Assembly (NCBI RefSeq): GCF_001194135.2
Contig: NC_068986.1
Coordinates: forward strand, 38,984,524-39,048,523
DNA: 64,000 bases
From: Octopus bimaculoides
Taxonomy: Eukaryota
Direction: 5' to 3'
Each line of letters opens with the position of its first letter. Within the stretch, counting starts at the first letter, position 1. A program made the position numbers and the translations under genes. Of this stretch, positions 39,831 through 52,877 are shown piece by piece. The notes under the pieces were generated by a model. That model was not told the origin of the DNA and made no database searches. It saw only the letters and a list, made by a program, of their open reading frames with translations.

Positions 39831-40079
39831 ACTTTCTCCAACCACCATGGAGACCATCAAGAATAATAAAAAGTTTCTAAACTGTGCAGATGAAAGCAAC
39901 TTATAGATCAAGGAGAGCTTAAACAGTACATGAATACATTGGAAATATCCTTAAAAGAATGCACTTTCCTGCAAAGTGTTCTTTTCATACAGATTTGGAA
40001 GCGAAACAACAACTTTCCATGACTAAACATGGTTATGACCAAATACCAATAAGGTTAAAGCTGCCAAAGTAAAGAATAC

Positions 40080-40900
40080 CACAAGACAAGTGATTGACTA
40101 ACAGGGTCAGATCTGCTCATATTGCTGTAGATGCCATTTGTCAAGAACCACTTGAAGTTTGTTGCACCATTGGTAGACTTAACATTACAGAAATGACCAC
40201 TGCCAAAGAGTCTAACATCCTTAAAAGGCTTGGAGGATATCCATGATGAATGGAAAACTAAAGGAGGTTCAGAATAGTAGGATTTCCTCAATTATGTCAA
40301 CGGATTTAAGTTGACAGAGGGAATTACCAGACACTTGAACATTTAGCTGCAGTATCACATGGTTTACAATAGCATTAAGACTACTACAACAATTTAACAT
40401 CATCCTAATGAGCCTTGAGCTATCTGCTGCTACATGTGTATGCATTTCTAACTGAAAAATCACAGTTAACCATGTAGGATTTTTTGTGCAATGTAGGATA
40501 AATGTGATTATCTGAGACTGAATCCATTATTCATTATGGTAATGACTTATTTTGAACTAGTAATGACCAATGCTACTTCTATAGTTCTGTTACCACATGG
40601 GTCATATATTAGCTATTTCTACCATATGACTCAAAGTATATGGAGAAAGGTATGCAGTTTAAGAGTATCTACTACACACTGGGGTGATGATTGAGTGAAA
40701 CATTTTTGTGGGAAGTTGGAAATGACTGGTTTTTCTACCTATAGGTGGAGTAGTCAATGAGAGGGATTATCTGATGGAGAATATACCTGATGCTGAAGGA
40801 CTAGAAGGCCTGATGGATTATTTCCATACCATGTATCTAGCCCTTGTTGCATCCATTCACTGGTACTTCCTTCATTAAACTTAAGAAGTATTCCTCATTC
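40080..40900 (+). mobile_element. Heavily decayed Gypsy RNase H-integrase remnant
   Basis: Fragments resembling (V/A)DALSR, SHG and D.G.QF.S across frameshifts. Confidence 0.3.
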
Positions 40901-41149
40901 AGTCAGTGAATGTTCATCAGCAACCATTGATGTGGAGTCTTAGCATTAACAACCTCTATGAAAATTGGAATTTTGGTTTCTATGACCCCACAAGCTATCT
41001 AGAAAGCCATTGGTAGTATTAGAAAGGATCAATCTCTTGTATCAACAGCCCTGATTAAAAATTCTTGAGCTACAAGTGCTGTACTCACTTAATCCTGCTC
41101 TCTTCACAATAATCATCCACATCAGCATACACTGTTATTGTTATTGGCT

Positions 41150-41610
41150 AAAAAGACAGAACATCTGCTGGATTATGAATGCCTTTTATGAACTGTAGTT
41201 CGTAACTGGCATCTATTTTTAGTATCTAGTGAAGTATTATCAGTGAAAGCTTTTTCTTTTCCATTAAATAATGTTAATAGTGGTTGAAAGTCACTATGTT
41301 AAATGGTCTTCCATTTACATTTATATAGAATTTATCATGTTAATACCACAGCAAAGCCTTCATTTCAGTTTGACAAATTTATTGCTTGATTTTTGAATGT
41401 GCCTTTGCTGTATAGGAAATAACATGACATTTGTCTCAGAAGTCATGTTGCCCCAATATGGTGCCCAATCCAACAGAACTGACATCCTGTCTGGTGTCAA
41501 AGTTTGATGACAAAATATGTGATGTTATGTATTGTTTGAATTCCTGCAGTTTTTTCTCTTGTTTACCAGCCCATAGAAATTTTCTCTTCTACTTCTGTAA
41601 TATATCTGTT
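41150..41610 (-). mobile_element. Gypsy RT-RNase H remnant
   Basis: Minus strand shows DVSSVGLGTILGQ (DAS motif), CQTEMKAL, NGRPFNIVT and IKGIHNPADVLS in the expected order. Confidence 0.7.
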
Positions 41611-41942
41611 AGTAGCTAAAAGTAATGTGAAAAAACAGGGAAGTTGAGTAAATTTAGTCAGTATTGTTAGACATTTAGAATGAATCATACCACACAAATC
41701 TTATCTGTTGGTTTTTAACTCACTAATTGAAATAATGAAGCAAAATATTGTAGTTGGTATTTCAGGGTTTAATCCCATGTTTTATTGAATGTTACTTTAT
41801 AAATTACATCATCATTATCATCATTTAGTATCTGTTTCCCATGCTGACATGGGTTGGACAGTTTGACAATATCCAGTGATCCACAAGGCTGTGCCAAGTT
41901 TCAGTGTTAACTTTGGCAATGCATTATACTGTATACTGGCTG

Positions 41943-41976
<34 letters not shown>

Positions 41977-43714
41977 CAATGGCACTAGTGAGGTTGCCCA
42001 AGTAACTTGTAAGACAGAAAAAGAACGGGGAAAAGGAAAAAAAACATTCATTACTAAGTGGGGGAGCATTTACGAGGGAGGTGGCTTTATGTTATGTGTT
42101 AAATGATTAAAGTATCATAGAGGGCAAGCACAGGTGTCTTGCTATAAAAGGGGATACATAGCTCTTCCACATTATGATACGGGTGGGTAAGAGTAGGTGA
42201 GAAGGAGATAACATCATTACTGAATGATTTCACTGTACCATCAACTTTTATTTTGTTTTAGTTGACCAATACCTTTAAGTTGAAATACAATTCATCATCA
42301 TTGATTAACAATTTTTTCCCATATAATTTATAGTGATTGGCAATTGTTTTTCACCTTGACATGCATAGAAGTGTTACTTAAGTTGAGAAATAGTGAATTC
42401 TTTCCTTTGCTTAATTTGGAAATACCTTTTCAAAAAAAATTTTTTTTTTAATGAGTAGCAAATTTTCTACTTTGCTGGATGCAGAAGACCAGAAGAGAAT
42501 TGAGATTTGGAACCATATTCTTTTACTCTTTTATTTGTTTACATGTTTCGGTCATTAGACTGCGACCATGTTGGGGCACTACTTTGAGGTATTTTAGTTG
42601 AACTAATCGACCCCAGTACTTATTTTCTTTTTAAGCCTGGTACTTAATCTGTTGGTCTCTTTTGCAAACCGCTAAGTTACAGTGATGTAAACACACCAAC
42701 ACTGGTTGTCAATCTGTGATAAGGAACAGACACAAACACACAACAAGCTTCTTCCAGTTTCCATCTACCAAATCCACTTGGTTTGCCCGAGGCTATTAGT
42801 AGAGGACACTTGTTCAGAGTGTCACGAAGTGGGACTAAACACAAGACCATGTGTTTGAGACCCATTCAGTGTATGATAACTTGAATGTCTTTCCTGCTAA
42901 CGTGTAACAGAATCGCTTTTGTATTATTGAGTCAATTCTCTCAAGTGTGGACCATTGTAAGTGTGAAAATTGTAATGTTGAGCTCTGAGGGTCCGGGGAG
43001 ATTGTTGCTATTATATAGCACTGTAAAACGTGTATATAAACGAAAGCCTTAGTTGTAAGGAGTCTTTGATCTCTGGAAGACTGCTTTATTAGAAAAAAAA
43101 TAATAAAGTCCCTTTCAATGAAATGATAACCGTGTTACTGAATGAATAGTAACTGATATAGTGTGTGAAGCATACAATGCTGCCATATGATTGTTAGAAA
43201 TGATACTTATTTCAACAATTCTGGAAAGATGAAAGTTAAATCTGCGAAACTAAATATTGCTTAGCATTCAATCCGGAAGCTCTATAATTTCTGTCAAATC
43301 ACTCAACTTATTACGTAGGTGACTATGAATTTCTAAGATAGGCACAATGCTTCAAATTCGGGATGGGAATATAATCATTTACATTGATCCTAGTATTTGA
43401 CTGGTACTTTATTTTATCGATCTGGAAAGGAGGGAAGCTGAAGTTAACCTCAGTGAGATTTGAACTCGAAACAAAAAAAAGAGCTGTAACCAAATATTTC
43501 AAAGCATTTTGTCTGATGCTCTAACGATTTTGTTAATCCATCGCCCGAAAAGTCAGAAATTTTGAATTCGGAAAATGACAAATCTACTTGGGAAATATTA
43601 AAGAAACAGTTTTAAACATATAAAAAGAAAAGGATCAGTTCCACCTAGTTTTAGAAATGGAAGTTAAAATTTACTACAATTACATGAATAATCGGTATTC
43701 AAGAATGCCGAATA

Positions 43715-43750
<36 letters not shown>

Positions 43751-43751
<1 letters not shown>

Positions 43752-43950
43752 TTTATTTAAAAGCAGCAGAAATATAACAAAAAAACCGTTACTCTGAGTT
43801 TCACGTTCCCGATGAACGGGAACGTGAAACTCAGAGTAACGGTTTTTTGTTATATTTCTACTGCTTTTAAATAAAGCATATTACTCTACCTCTGGTATTT
43901 GAGTACTCTTTTTTCCACCTTGTTGCACATTCCATGTGCTTACTCCGGTA
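43751..43950. repeat. Near-perfect 61-bp-arm palindrome embedded in (TA)n, probably a Penelope-like element end
   Basis: Arms 43751-43811 and 43817-43876 with a 5-nt loop, one mismatch and one indel. Confidence 0.85.
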
Positions 43951-45039
43951 TATATATATATGTACACACACACACACATAATCAAACATGATGAATGAAA
44001 GCGATTCAATTAATTATAATTTAAAATTCTATATAATCACCTTAAAATCTGTTTTCTTTCTCTCTATCTCTCTCTCGAGTACAACTCTTTCTAACTTCTC
44101 CTTCCTGATAAGCTTAATTTGTTGTGTTGTGAAATGAAAATCGTCTTATGATTCTGACTAAGCTGCATGATTCTCTTTTGGGTCGCCTGATCAAAAAATC
44201 AGTCAACAGCAGTAGCCGATTATTATTATTATGTCATATTCAACCAACCTGTTTATTAAAATAAATAAAATATAGTTGTTTAACCCTAGGTCAGTTCGGA
44301 TTATGCATATCTTTGATGAAAGTTTCTCAGCCATGGTCATCCCATGTTTTCAGACATTATACCTAGAGCTAGATTATCCAATCTATCCCCGCTTTTTAAA
44401 GAATATTGGGGTTCAAGGGCAACTTGGCTGATATATCTAGCAAGTCGAACGACCACGTAGAGCCGGTAATTTTTCGTTAGACATGCTATTCAGAAAGTCC
44501 CGCGGATCGCAGGTTGCCCATAACTGATATAAAGTTACCTTCGTTTACGTGTCCTTTATTTAAGTTGTAAGCACATGATTTGAGAGAGATTTGGTTGCTA
44601 TTTCTAGAAAGATTAAGTTGGAATTTAAAACTAGAGAATAAGTTTAATATCTTTACGTAAATAAACCTCTACAAAAATATCAAATAAAAGAATGTGTGAT
44701 TAACTTATTCCCAAGTTACCAATTGTATCCCAGTTTTTTTCCTAGACTATTTTATTTAATATTTATTATCGTTCGTTTGAAACTTCTACTGCGAAAAATT
44801 TAGTTTCTGTGCACATGGGCAGTGTTAACAAGTGTAATAGAAAACTATCAAACTTAATTTTTCCTACTATTATAAGTTGCTGCTTTCATCGAAGAGTCGC
44901 TAATTGAGGACTTAAACATCCTATGTATTCTTTAAGAGAAAGCATAATCACTTTCTTATTTGAATTACTGTATTTTTGAGACAATGCCATTTGAGTGTCT
45001 CCTATCAGTTTTATTTCTTTATAATTTTTTGAAAAATTT

Positions 45040-45400
45040 AAATTTTTTAATGAAATTTTTTACAGTTACCTTTCAGATGGTGCAAGTTATAATTATATTG
45101 GAATCAGTTTAAAAAAAAAAAAGAATTGGTGGGTGCGCCTGCGACCACACACGCTCCTACACACAGACATGAAAAAAATATGCGATGTGTTCGCNNNNNN
45201 NNNNNNNNNNNNNNNNNNNNNNNNNNNNNNNNNNNNNNNNNNNNNNNNNNNNNNNNNNNNNNNNNNNNNNNNNNNNNNNNNNNNNNNNNNNNNNNNNNNN
45301 NNNNNNNNNNNNNNNNNNNTTTTTTCACATTAAATTCTGATATAATTGTAATCTAACACCATCTGAAAGATATTTGTTGAAATTTTCATTAAAGGATATC
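45040..45400. mobile_element. Older foldback element spanning an assembly gap
   Basis: tttaatgaaa...ctttcagatggtg...aattatat on the left recurs reverse-complemented to the right of the N run. Confidence 0.6.
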
Positions 45401-47928
45401 CATTTTTTTCTGAAAGTGTTGATGAGGAAACAAAGTCGAAGGGAGGGGCGTGTGTCGGTATACTTTTTGTTGTAATTCTATCCTAAGGTAGGAATAAAAT
45501 AAAATTTAATTAGTTTTTCAAAAATAACTTCAGTAGCTAGTATTGAACAAACAGGGTTGTTATTTCGAAATCTTTTCTCTGATATGAAGTTACAGAAATC
45601 TAAACCTAACTTGATACTAACAGTTAAAATTCCCTTTTTATTTATTTATTTTACTGTATGTCTCTTCTAATGTACTAAGTGCTGACGCCCTTACCTAGTT
45701 GTGCTTTCAGTGTCACATGTCTTTGTCTCAGATTTGTAGTACTAAGAACTACTTAAAATGCTTATGCGAAGAAAACTCCCACAAATTTGTAATAAACAAA
45801 AAGCTTAGACTGGTACGAGGAAGGGGAACTTTAGTAAACATGAAAGTTATAGTCATGTGAAGTTTAACATAAATGTAAGATATTCTTAAAGATGGGAAGA
45901 AAAATAAATACGGAGAGAACTGTTTGAGGAAGAGATATAAATAATCATCAAACACTCAAAACTTCTAAAACTTCACTTCTGCTGACAGATAATATGAAAA
46001 TGATTGTAAAACTACTGACACTTGAAACATATTCTCAGAATTTTATATATAACGAACCAACGAAAGAAAAACATAATTTGAATGACATTTGATTTGTGAA
46101 TTAGTTAAGATTTAAAGTAACTGATAGTACGCCATTATAAGCTTCAAGTTGAGAAACAAAAAATGAAACAAGCTAACGGATTGGCACTCGAAAGATTAAC
46201 ATATCTGACTATCACTTGCGTGACAACTGTGAGCGATTATATTCTAGAACGGCTGCCTTGTCATACTTTCAATTTAGACAACTTGTTGCTGTTTTAATTG
46301 TGCTACAAAATACATCTATATATTTTAGCAAGCTCCGTATGTATTGACATGTAAACTCATTGGGCGGAGGTAAAGAATACGTACACCAACCGTTTTGGGC
46401 GTAAAAAAAAATCCTAAATCTAACCAACGGGTGTACATATTCCTTACTTTCGCCATACATTGTCTTTATATGCCGTGTTTTCGTGGAGAGAAAGTAAGGG
46501 CCCAGCCGGACCCGTTTCGATCAGCAGCAACTCAGTACCCTTTTTAATTTATCCACAGAGAGACTGTTTCGTACCACTAAGAGTTTAAGGATATTGGATA
46601 GAACAATTGACAGTTACATCTGTTTATAAGTTAGTAGTGTGTTAAACCGTTTGTTTCAATATTTATATATATAAACAGATACAAACACCTTGCCTTCAGT
46701 ATCTTTGTGGAGTGAAAAAGAGCTATGTTAACTGTATAATTTCATTTTCTCAATGTAACGTCAGTGTGTCGGACATACATTGATTCATGGAGATATCAGT
46801 ACAAACATTGAACCTAAATAGGAAAACTCACTGTGCTGAACATTAGCAATAGGATGGCCTAACTTGCTGGCACTGATTGACTAATGATTTACCTTGCAGG
46901 GATAAAATAATAGAAACAAATTATAGTATCTGATCTGGAAAATCAGAATGGTGGGTGTTTTCTCATGTAATTACTAGTGTCTTTGTCTGGCAAGCTCTTG
47001 ATATATAGGGCAAGTTCCACTTTTCTAACTCAAATTCATGCTTGTATTATTGATCTAATCATTGACATTTGATATATTATTATCTGCACTATTACATCTC
47101 TGAAGGTTGTCTTTTTGAACTCACTTGTGAGTCTCATACAACCAAGGGCAGGTTTGGCTGTTCAGTTTTTCTAAAATTTTATTGAAGCAATCCAAGAACA
47201 GTACCTCTCAGCCATGTACTAGCTATATAAAATGTAATTCAAAGCCCTCTTTTCTCAGCAAGGGAGAACCAACTGTCTTGTTTCTTTTTTTTTCAATGAG
47301 CTCACCTTGAACAAACACCCAGTAATATCAGTTGTTGTTTACTCTCGTACCAGTTAGTCTTAATATGAGATACATTTCAGCTGAATGAGTTGTTAATTTG
47401 CTGTATTTCTATTCTGCCAGGTTACAAACATCATATGTTGATTTTCTTTCTTTTATCTCAGCAATATTCTACATTCGTACTACACACGGACCACAAAGAA
47501 ATTTATTTTGAGAACAAATAGAAAATGCCCTTTCTACATGTTTAACTTAATCTTGATTTTTTTATATATGGTAATTGATGAATGTTAATTTTCTCTATAC
47601 GAGTTGTTGTATTATTCAAACCTGTATAATTCAAAAAGTTTTAATACAAAACTTTTACAAACTCTTGGAAGTAAATACTGGTTGTTTAACCATATTGAAT
47701 TATCATACCACTTAGAACAGTAGAGGTCTTTTTTTTTTTTTTCAGGTGGTGTGTGTATGTATGTATGGATGGATGGGTGGTCTTGAAAGGGTAGAAAATC
47801 AGAGTATTTCCAATGCAGCACTCAACCTGTGCTCAAGGAGACTCAGGGTAGGTTAAAATTCTGTTGGCGTAGAAATTCTAGATACCACACTAGTAAATCC
47901 AATGTCTGGGTCTATTGAAGAGTAAAAC

Positions 47929-48226
47929 ATAATCCAAATAAGAAGAGAAAGAAAGAGTTTAGCATATCTTTAAAGACCAGTTTACCATTATTTCAGTATC
48001 GCTGTTTTTAATGCCGTTGCATGCAAAAGTTCCATGTGAAAAGTTATGTGATATTTGTGGTTTTAAACATTAGAGTGGCACTTCATCAGACTTGCATTAA
48101 CAGGTGTGCTTTTACATTGCGCACAATGTAACTTTTCACATGGAACTTTTGCTTGCAATGGTACTGAAACAAATGTAATTGGTCATTAAAGATGTGAGAA
48201 ACTCTTTGTCTTCTTATTTGGATCAT
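47929..48226. mobile_element. Foldback/MITE with ~110-bp diverged arms
   Basis: atccaaataagaaga...aaagagttt...gcaaaagttccatgtgaaaagtta and its reverse complement. TSD not resolved. Confidence 0.7.
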
Positions 48227-49254
48227 AAACTTAAACTCTGCATATTACTGATATAATAAATGTTACCGATGGGAAAGATTGCAATATTTGAACTCAGTAT
48301 GTTAGTTTTGTTGTTGCAGTACCAGGAGACCATTGCACAGATTATCTTGCAGTATTTACCTATAACTCTTTACATACTTGGTTCAAATACTACCAGGGTC
48401 GATTTTGCTTTTCACACTTCCAAATTTGAGAAAATATTACCAGTCAAGCACAGTGTCTATATAATTAAATTTACTGTACCTATAATCCAAATATGAAACT
48501 TTGTGCCTATGTTAGAAATCAATTTTAGCTACAGTAGAAGAATGTCCTATCCTGGAGTTGATTAATCTCTCATATGCTTAATACCATGAATCAAGACCTC
48601 AGCTAAGCCCTTAAAAGACTCTCAGGACTTTGGTGGCATTTATATATTTTATCAATGTTGGGCTTGCTTATCCAGGTGAACTGACTCAATGTAGAATAAC
48701 ATATTCTACTTTGAATCACAATGAAACACATTTAGAGGGTTTAAACTAATGACCTATGAATAGTGTTGTCCAATACATTATTCATTCAACCATATTGCAT
48801 CTATTTTCACATGAAAATTTCTCAATGTATGAAATCCACAGCCTATCTTTGATTCATGATTACTGTACTAGTGACTTTTAAAAGTGTATGAATAGAATGA
48901 AAATTTAATTTTGTTTTCTAAACGTATCAGTCTAGATCAATGGTTCCCAAAGTGAGCAGTACTGCCCTCCTGAGGGGGCGGGGAGATCCAGGGTGCATTG
49001 AAGAAAAGTGGGGTGATAATGGGTCACCAAAATGGGGTGATGGATGTATGAACAACGAAATGCTTAACGGCATTTCTTCTGATTTCAAATGTTGCTGAGG
49101 TTGACTTTGCCTTTCATTCTTTCAGGTTTGTTAAAATAACTACCCTTTAAGCCCTGGGGGTGGTTTTATTGATTTACCCACTCTCCTGCAATTGTACTAA
49201 AATTTGAAACTGTTGTTGTTGTTGTTGCTGCTCCTACTGTTGTTTATCTAACCA

Positions 49255-50225
49255 AATGCATTCCATTGGTCTGAAAAGGTCCATCTGCTACGAACACCTG
49301 TGTAGAGGATTCAGTATACTGTGACTAATGATGCACCGATAGTGCTATTTGTCTGGCATCTTTTGCTGTCTGAAATGTTGTCAAGTGCTCACAGCTCTCC
49401 AGCCAGGCAATGTGGATGGTAGTACATAAACCCTTGCTTTCTGTAGAGGATTAATGGCAAGCAAGACTGATGACATTCTCAAGGAGACTCAGGTGAACAT
49501 CCATTGGAAAGTCTATTCTGAAGGACTTTCAGAGAGGGGACTATGGAGAACTCTCAGAAATCCTTGATTCCTGATTTGGTGTTGATTCAGCTGTACCTTT
49601 GGTTCAGGATAAACTCTGCAAGTACAGAAATGCCATTAGCTGGACCTGTACAGTGGTGAAATTGTTTTGTATGTTTTTGTTCAGTATCTGAATATTGTTG
49701 ACATATGTGGAGTTGTTGTTGCATGTAGCACAGCATTAGCTGTCAGGCAAGTTCATTGTGAAAATCACTCTATCAACTTCCTTTGATCAGGAAAGGCAGC
49801 TATTTTCTTCTGTTTAGTAACTATGGTGTAAGAAGTTGCATGGTTGACAAGATTAAGAGTAACTTTCCTCTTTGGCCAAGTCAAATATTCTGAAAGGAAG
49901 TGAGAATAAAGACCTCCAGTAAATTTGCTGAAATATGAATGAGAGTGGCAAATGTGACTTGAGTGAATAGACCCTACTTTTGACATGTACCTAAAGTAGG
50001 GTCCATGTGCCAACAACTAGAAGAGGAGGGTACTTAGCAAGGACCATCAGGGTCTGTGGGTATCTTTGATTGATCCTGGGTGTTGTTCTGTAGGACTATT
50101 TCATTTCATTTTTACTGTTATTTCTTATGTCTGTTTTCTCCTTCTCAATTCTATATAAATCCCCACTGCTTTTGTAATGTGTTCTTGTGATGTTTCCTCT
50201 CTTGACATACTAGTGATAAATAAAG
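49255..50225 (+). mobile_element. Possible Tx1/L1-type LINE 3' remnant
   Basis: A VTMV*EVAWLTRLR-like segment and a terminal aataaa; heavily decayed. Confidence 0.35.
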
Positions 50226-50776
50226 AAATTATTATGAATTCAAATCCCACTGTGAACTTTGACTTTCATTCTTCTGGCATTGATAAATTTAAGTACTAAA
50301 GTACTAGCTTTGATATAATTAGCTATAACCACCCCAAAATTTATGCCTTGTGTTTAAGTCAGCATTGGATAAATTGTCTAGCAGTATTTGTTGTAGAAGG
50401 AGTAGAGTTTGCTTCTATATAATTCTTCTTTATTCTTGAAATTTTAAAAACCATCTTAATTTATTATAAATAGTAATTTATTATAAATAGGCTTCCCAGG
50501 TGTTGGTGTTCAGAACCAGTGGATCAGAGCACACACACTATCCTGAAAAAAAAAAAAGGGTATGGGATGATCACAACTAAAATGTTTTATATATTTTTAA
50601 AAAATTTTATATCAGAATTTGTGAACAACAGCACCATTGCTTATAGGCTTCCAATGAGCTAAACACTGATTTTATGTACCTGATACCTAGAGTGACAAAA
50701 GAGTGTTTAATCCTATGTATGAGATTTTATTCATTAAGCACTCAATGAGACACATGGCTATCCCACTTATAAGAGT

Positions 50777-51147
50777 TGTTGTTGTTGGCACTCCGTCGCT
50801 TATGACGTCGAGGGTTCCAGTTGATTCGATCAACGGAACAGCCTGCTCATGAAATTAATGTGCAAGTGGCTGAGCACTCCACAGACACGTGTACCCTTAA
50901 CGTAGTTCTCAGGGATATTCAGTGTGACACAGTGTGACAAGGCTGACCCTTCGAATTACAGGCACAACAGAAACAGGAAGTAAGAGTGAGAGAAAGTTGT
51001 GGTGAAAGAGTACAGCAGGGTTTGCCACCATCCCCTGCCGGAGCCTCGTGGAGCTTTAGGTGTTTTCGCTCAATAAACACTCACAACGCCCGGTCTGGGA
51101 ATGACCGCGAGTCCACTGCCCTAACCACTGGGCCATTGCGCCTCCAC
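50777..51147 (-). mobile_element. tRNA-derived SINE (family C), B box deleted
   Basis: TSD ttataagagt at 50767-50776 and 51150-51159, with a (CAA)n tail. Reverse complement of 51573-51954. Confidence 0.9.
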
Positions 51148-51572
51148 ATTTATAAGAGTAAGTAGTAATAATTGGTAAGAGAAATGAAAATGTCCCAGAA
51201 GTCAAAAAGAATTGTCACAACATGAAGGTGTCACCTTCATGTTGTACTTGAAGGACATGTCAAGTCAGCCTATGCTCCAGCAGTAATTGACCTGCTTAGA
51301 AAGTAAATAAAGTGAACTGGCACAACCAGATGTTTAATGATGTCATGCAAGCCATTTAATTCTATAGGTTTCTATTCACTTAACTGTTGGATAAACAAAT
51401 ATCTGGGTATGTTACCAGCAGTAAATTAGAATGCTGTCTCTCTCCATGTTGAATTCATCTTTCATTTACCTAATACTACTAAATCTAGAGCTATGAGCTA
51501 ATGGGAACCTCTATTAATCAACTTGATCTGCCTGAGATAAATGTCTAATTTACCTTAAATTATACTCTAACA

Positions 51573-51954
51573 GTGGAGGCGCAATGGCCCAGTGGTTAGG
51601 GCAGCGGACTCGCGGTCATAGGATCGCGGTTTTGATTCCCAGACCGGGCGTTGTGAGTGTTTATTGAGTGAAAACACCTAAAGCTCCACGAGGCTCCGGC
51701 AGGGGATGGTGGCGAACCCTGCTGTACTCTTTCACCACAACTTTCTCTCACTCTTACTTCCTGTTTCTGTTGTGCCTGTAATTCGAAGGGTCAGCCTTGT
51801 CACACTGTGTCATGCTGAATATCACCAAGAACTACATTAAGGGTACACGTGTCTATGGAGTGCTCAGCCACTTGCACGTTAATTTCATGAGCAGGCTGTT
51901 CTGTTGATCGGATCAACTGGAACCCTCGACGTCGTAAGCGACGGAGTGCCAACA
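51573..51954 (+). mobile_element. tRNA-derived SINE (family C), full length
   Basis: A box tggcccagtgg and B box ggttttgattcc. TSD tatactct(a/g)ac. Confidence 0.9.
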
Positions 51955-52877
51955 TATACTCTGACTTTTTAAAAAAGGAAGGACACATTGGATAATGTAG
52001 TCCAGTGTACACCGTATCTCTTGGAAAAAGAAAAGACACATTAAAAAATTTAGTCAATCACAGGTTTGATTAACCAGGGTTGACATGGAGCTAAATAATA
52101 ACAAATCTGAAGCACAGCACCAACTTCATAATTTTCTATGCTTTTATGAAGTATGGTTTGTTCAAGTTTGATGCTTCAGTCATTCAAATGGATTGTATGA
52201 AGATGTTATACAATCATGGATTGAACTGATGTTAAAACTATTTTACAGCCTTGAAATTAATTCTATTATTGGGTTTAAACTTTGGATTAGATAAGCACAT
52301 TAAACATCTTAAATCTCTCTACCTTTTTATCATCCAGCCTTGATTTAGTTAGGTAGATATATTTGATTCAACATATGTGGAGGCATGTGGCTTAGTGACT
52401 AGGGTGTTGGACTCTAGATCGTAAGATTGTGGTTCCATTTTCTGGACTAAGCGACATGTGTTCTTGAGCAAAACACTTCATTTCACATTGCTTCAGTTCA
52501 CTCAGCTGGCAAAAGTGAGTAATCCTGCAATGGACTGGCATCCCATCCAGTTGGTGAATTTTTATGCTTTGGAAACCGAGGAAACCAGCCCTTATGGCAA
52601 AACTCGAGAGGGTAACTTCACCTTTACCTGTTTGATTCAATGGAAAAATAGAGCACTCATACATCTGACACTAGATTGACTACATTTTCTCTTTTTAGTG
52701 TAGTAGGTGTAACACACTGTTTGGTTTTTGGCTACCATTAGTGGAATTTATTCTGTTACATGCACTCAGACTAGACCCTCTCTCTGTTACAAATCAGTTT
52801 TCTCTCATTCTGTTTTTCATGCAGTTATTGACTATTAAGTGTTCAGACTGAGCACTGGATATACATATATATACACA

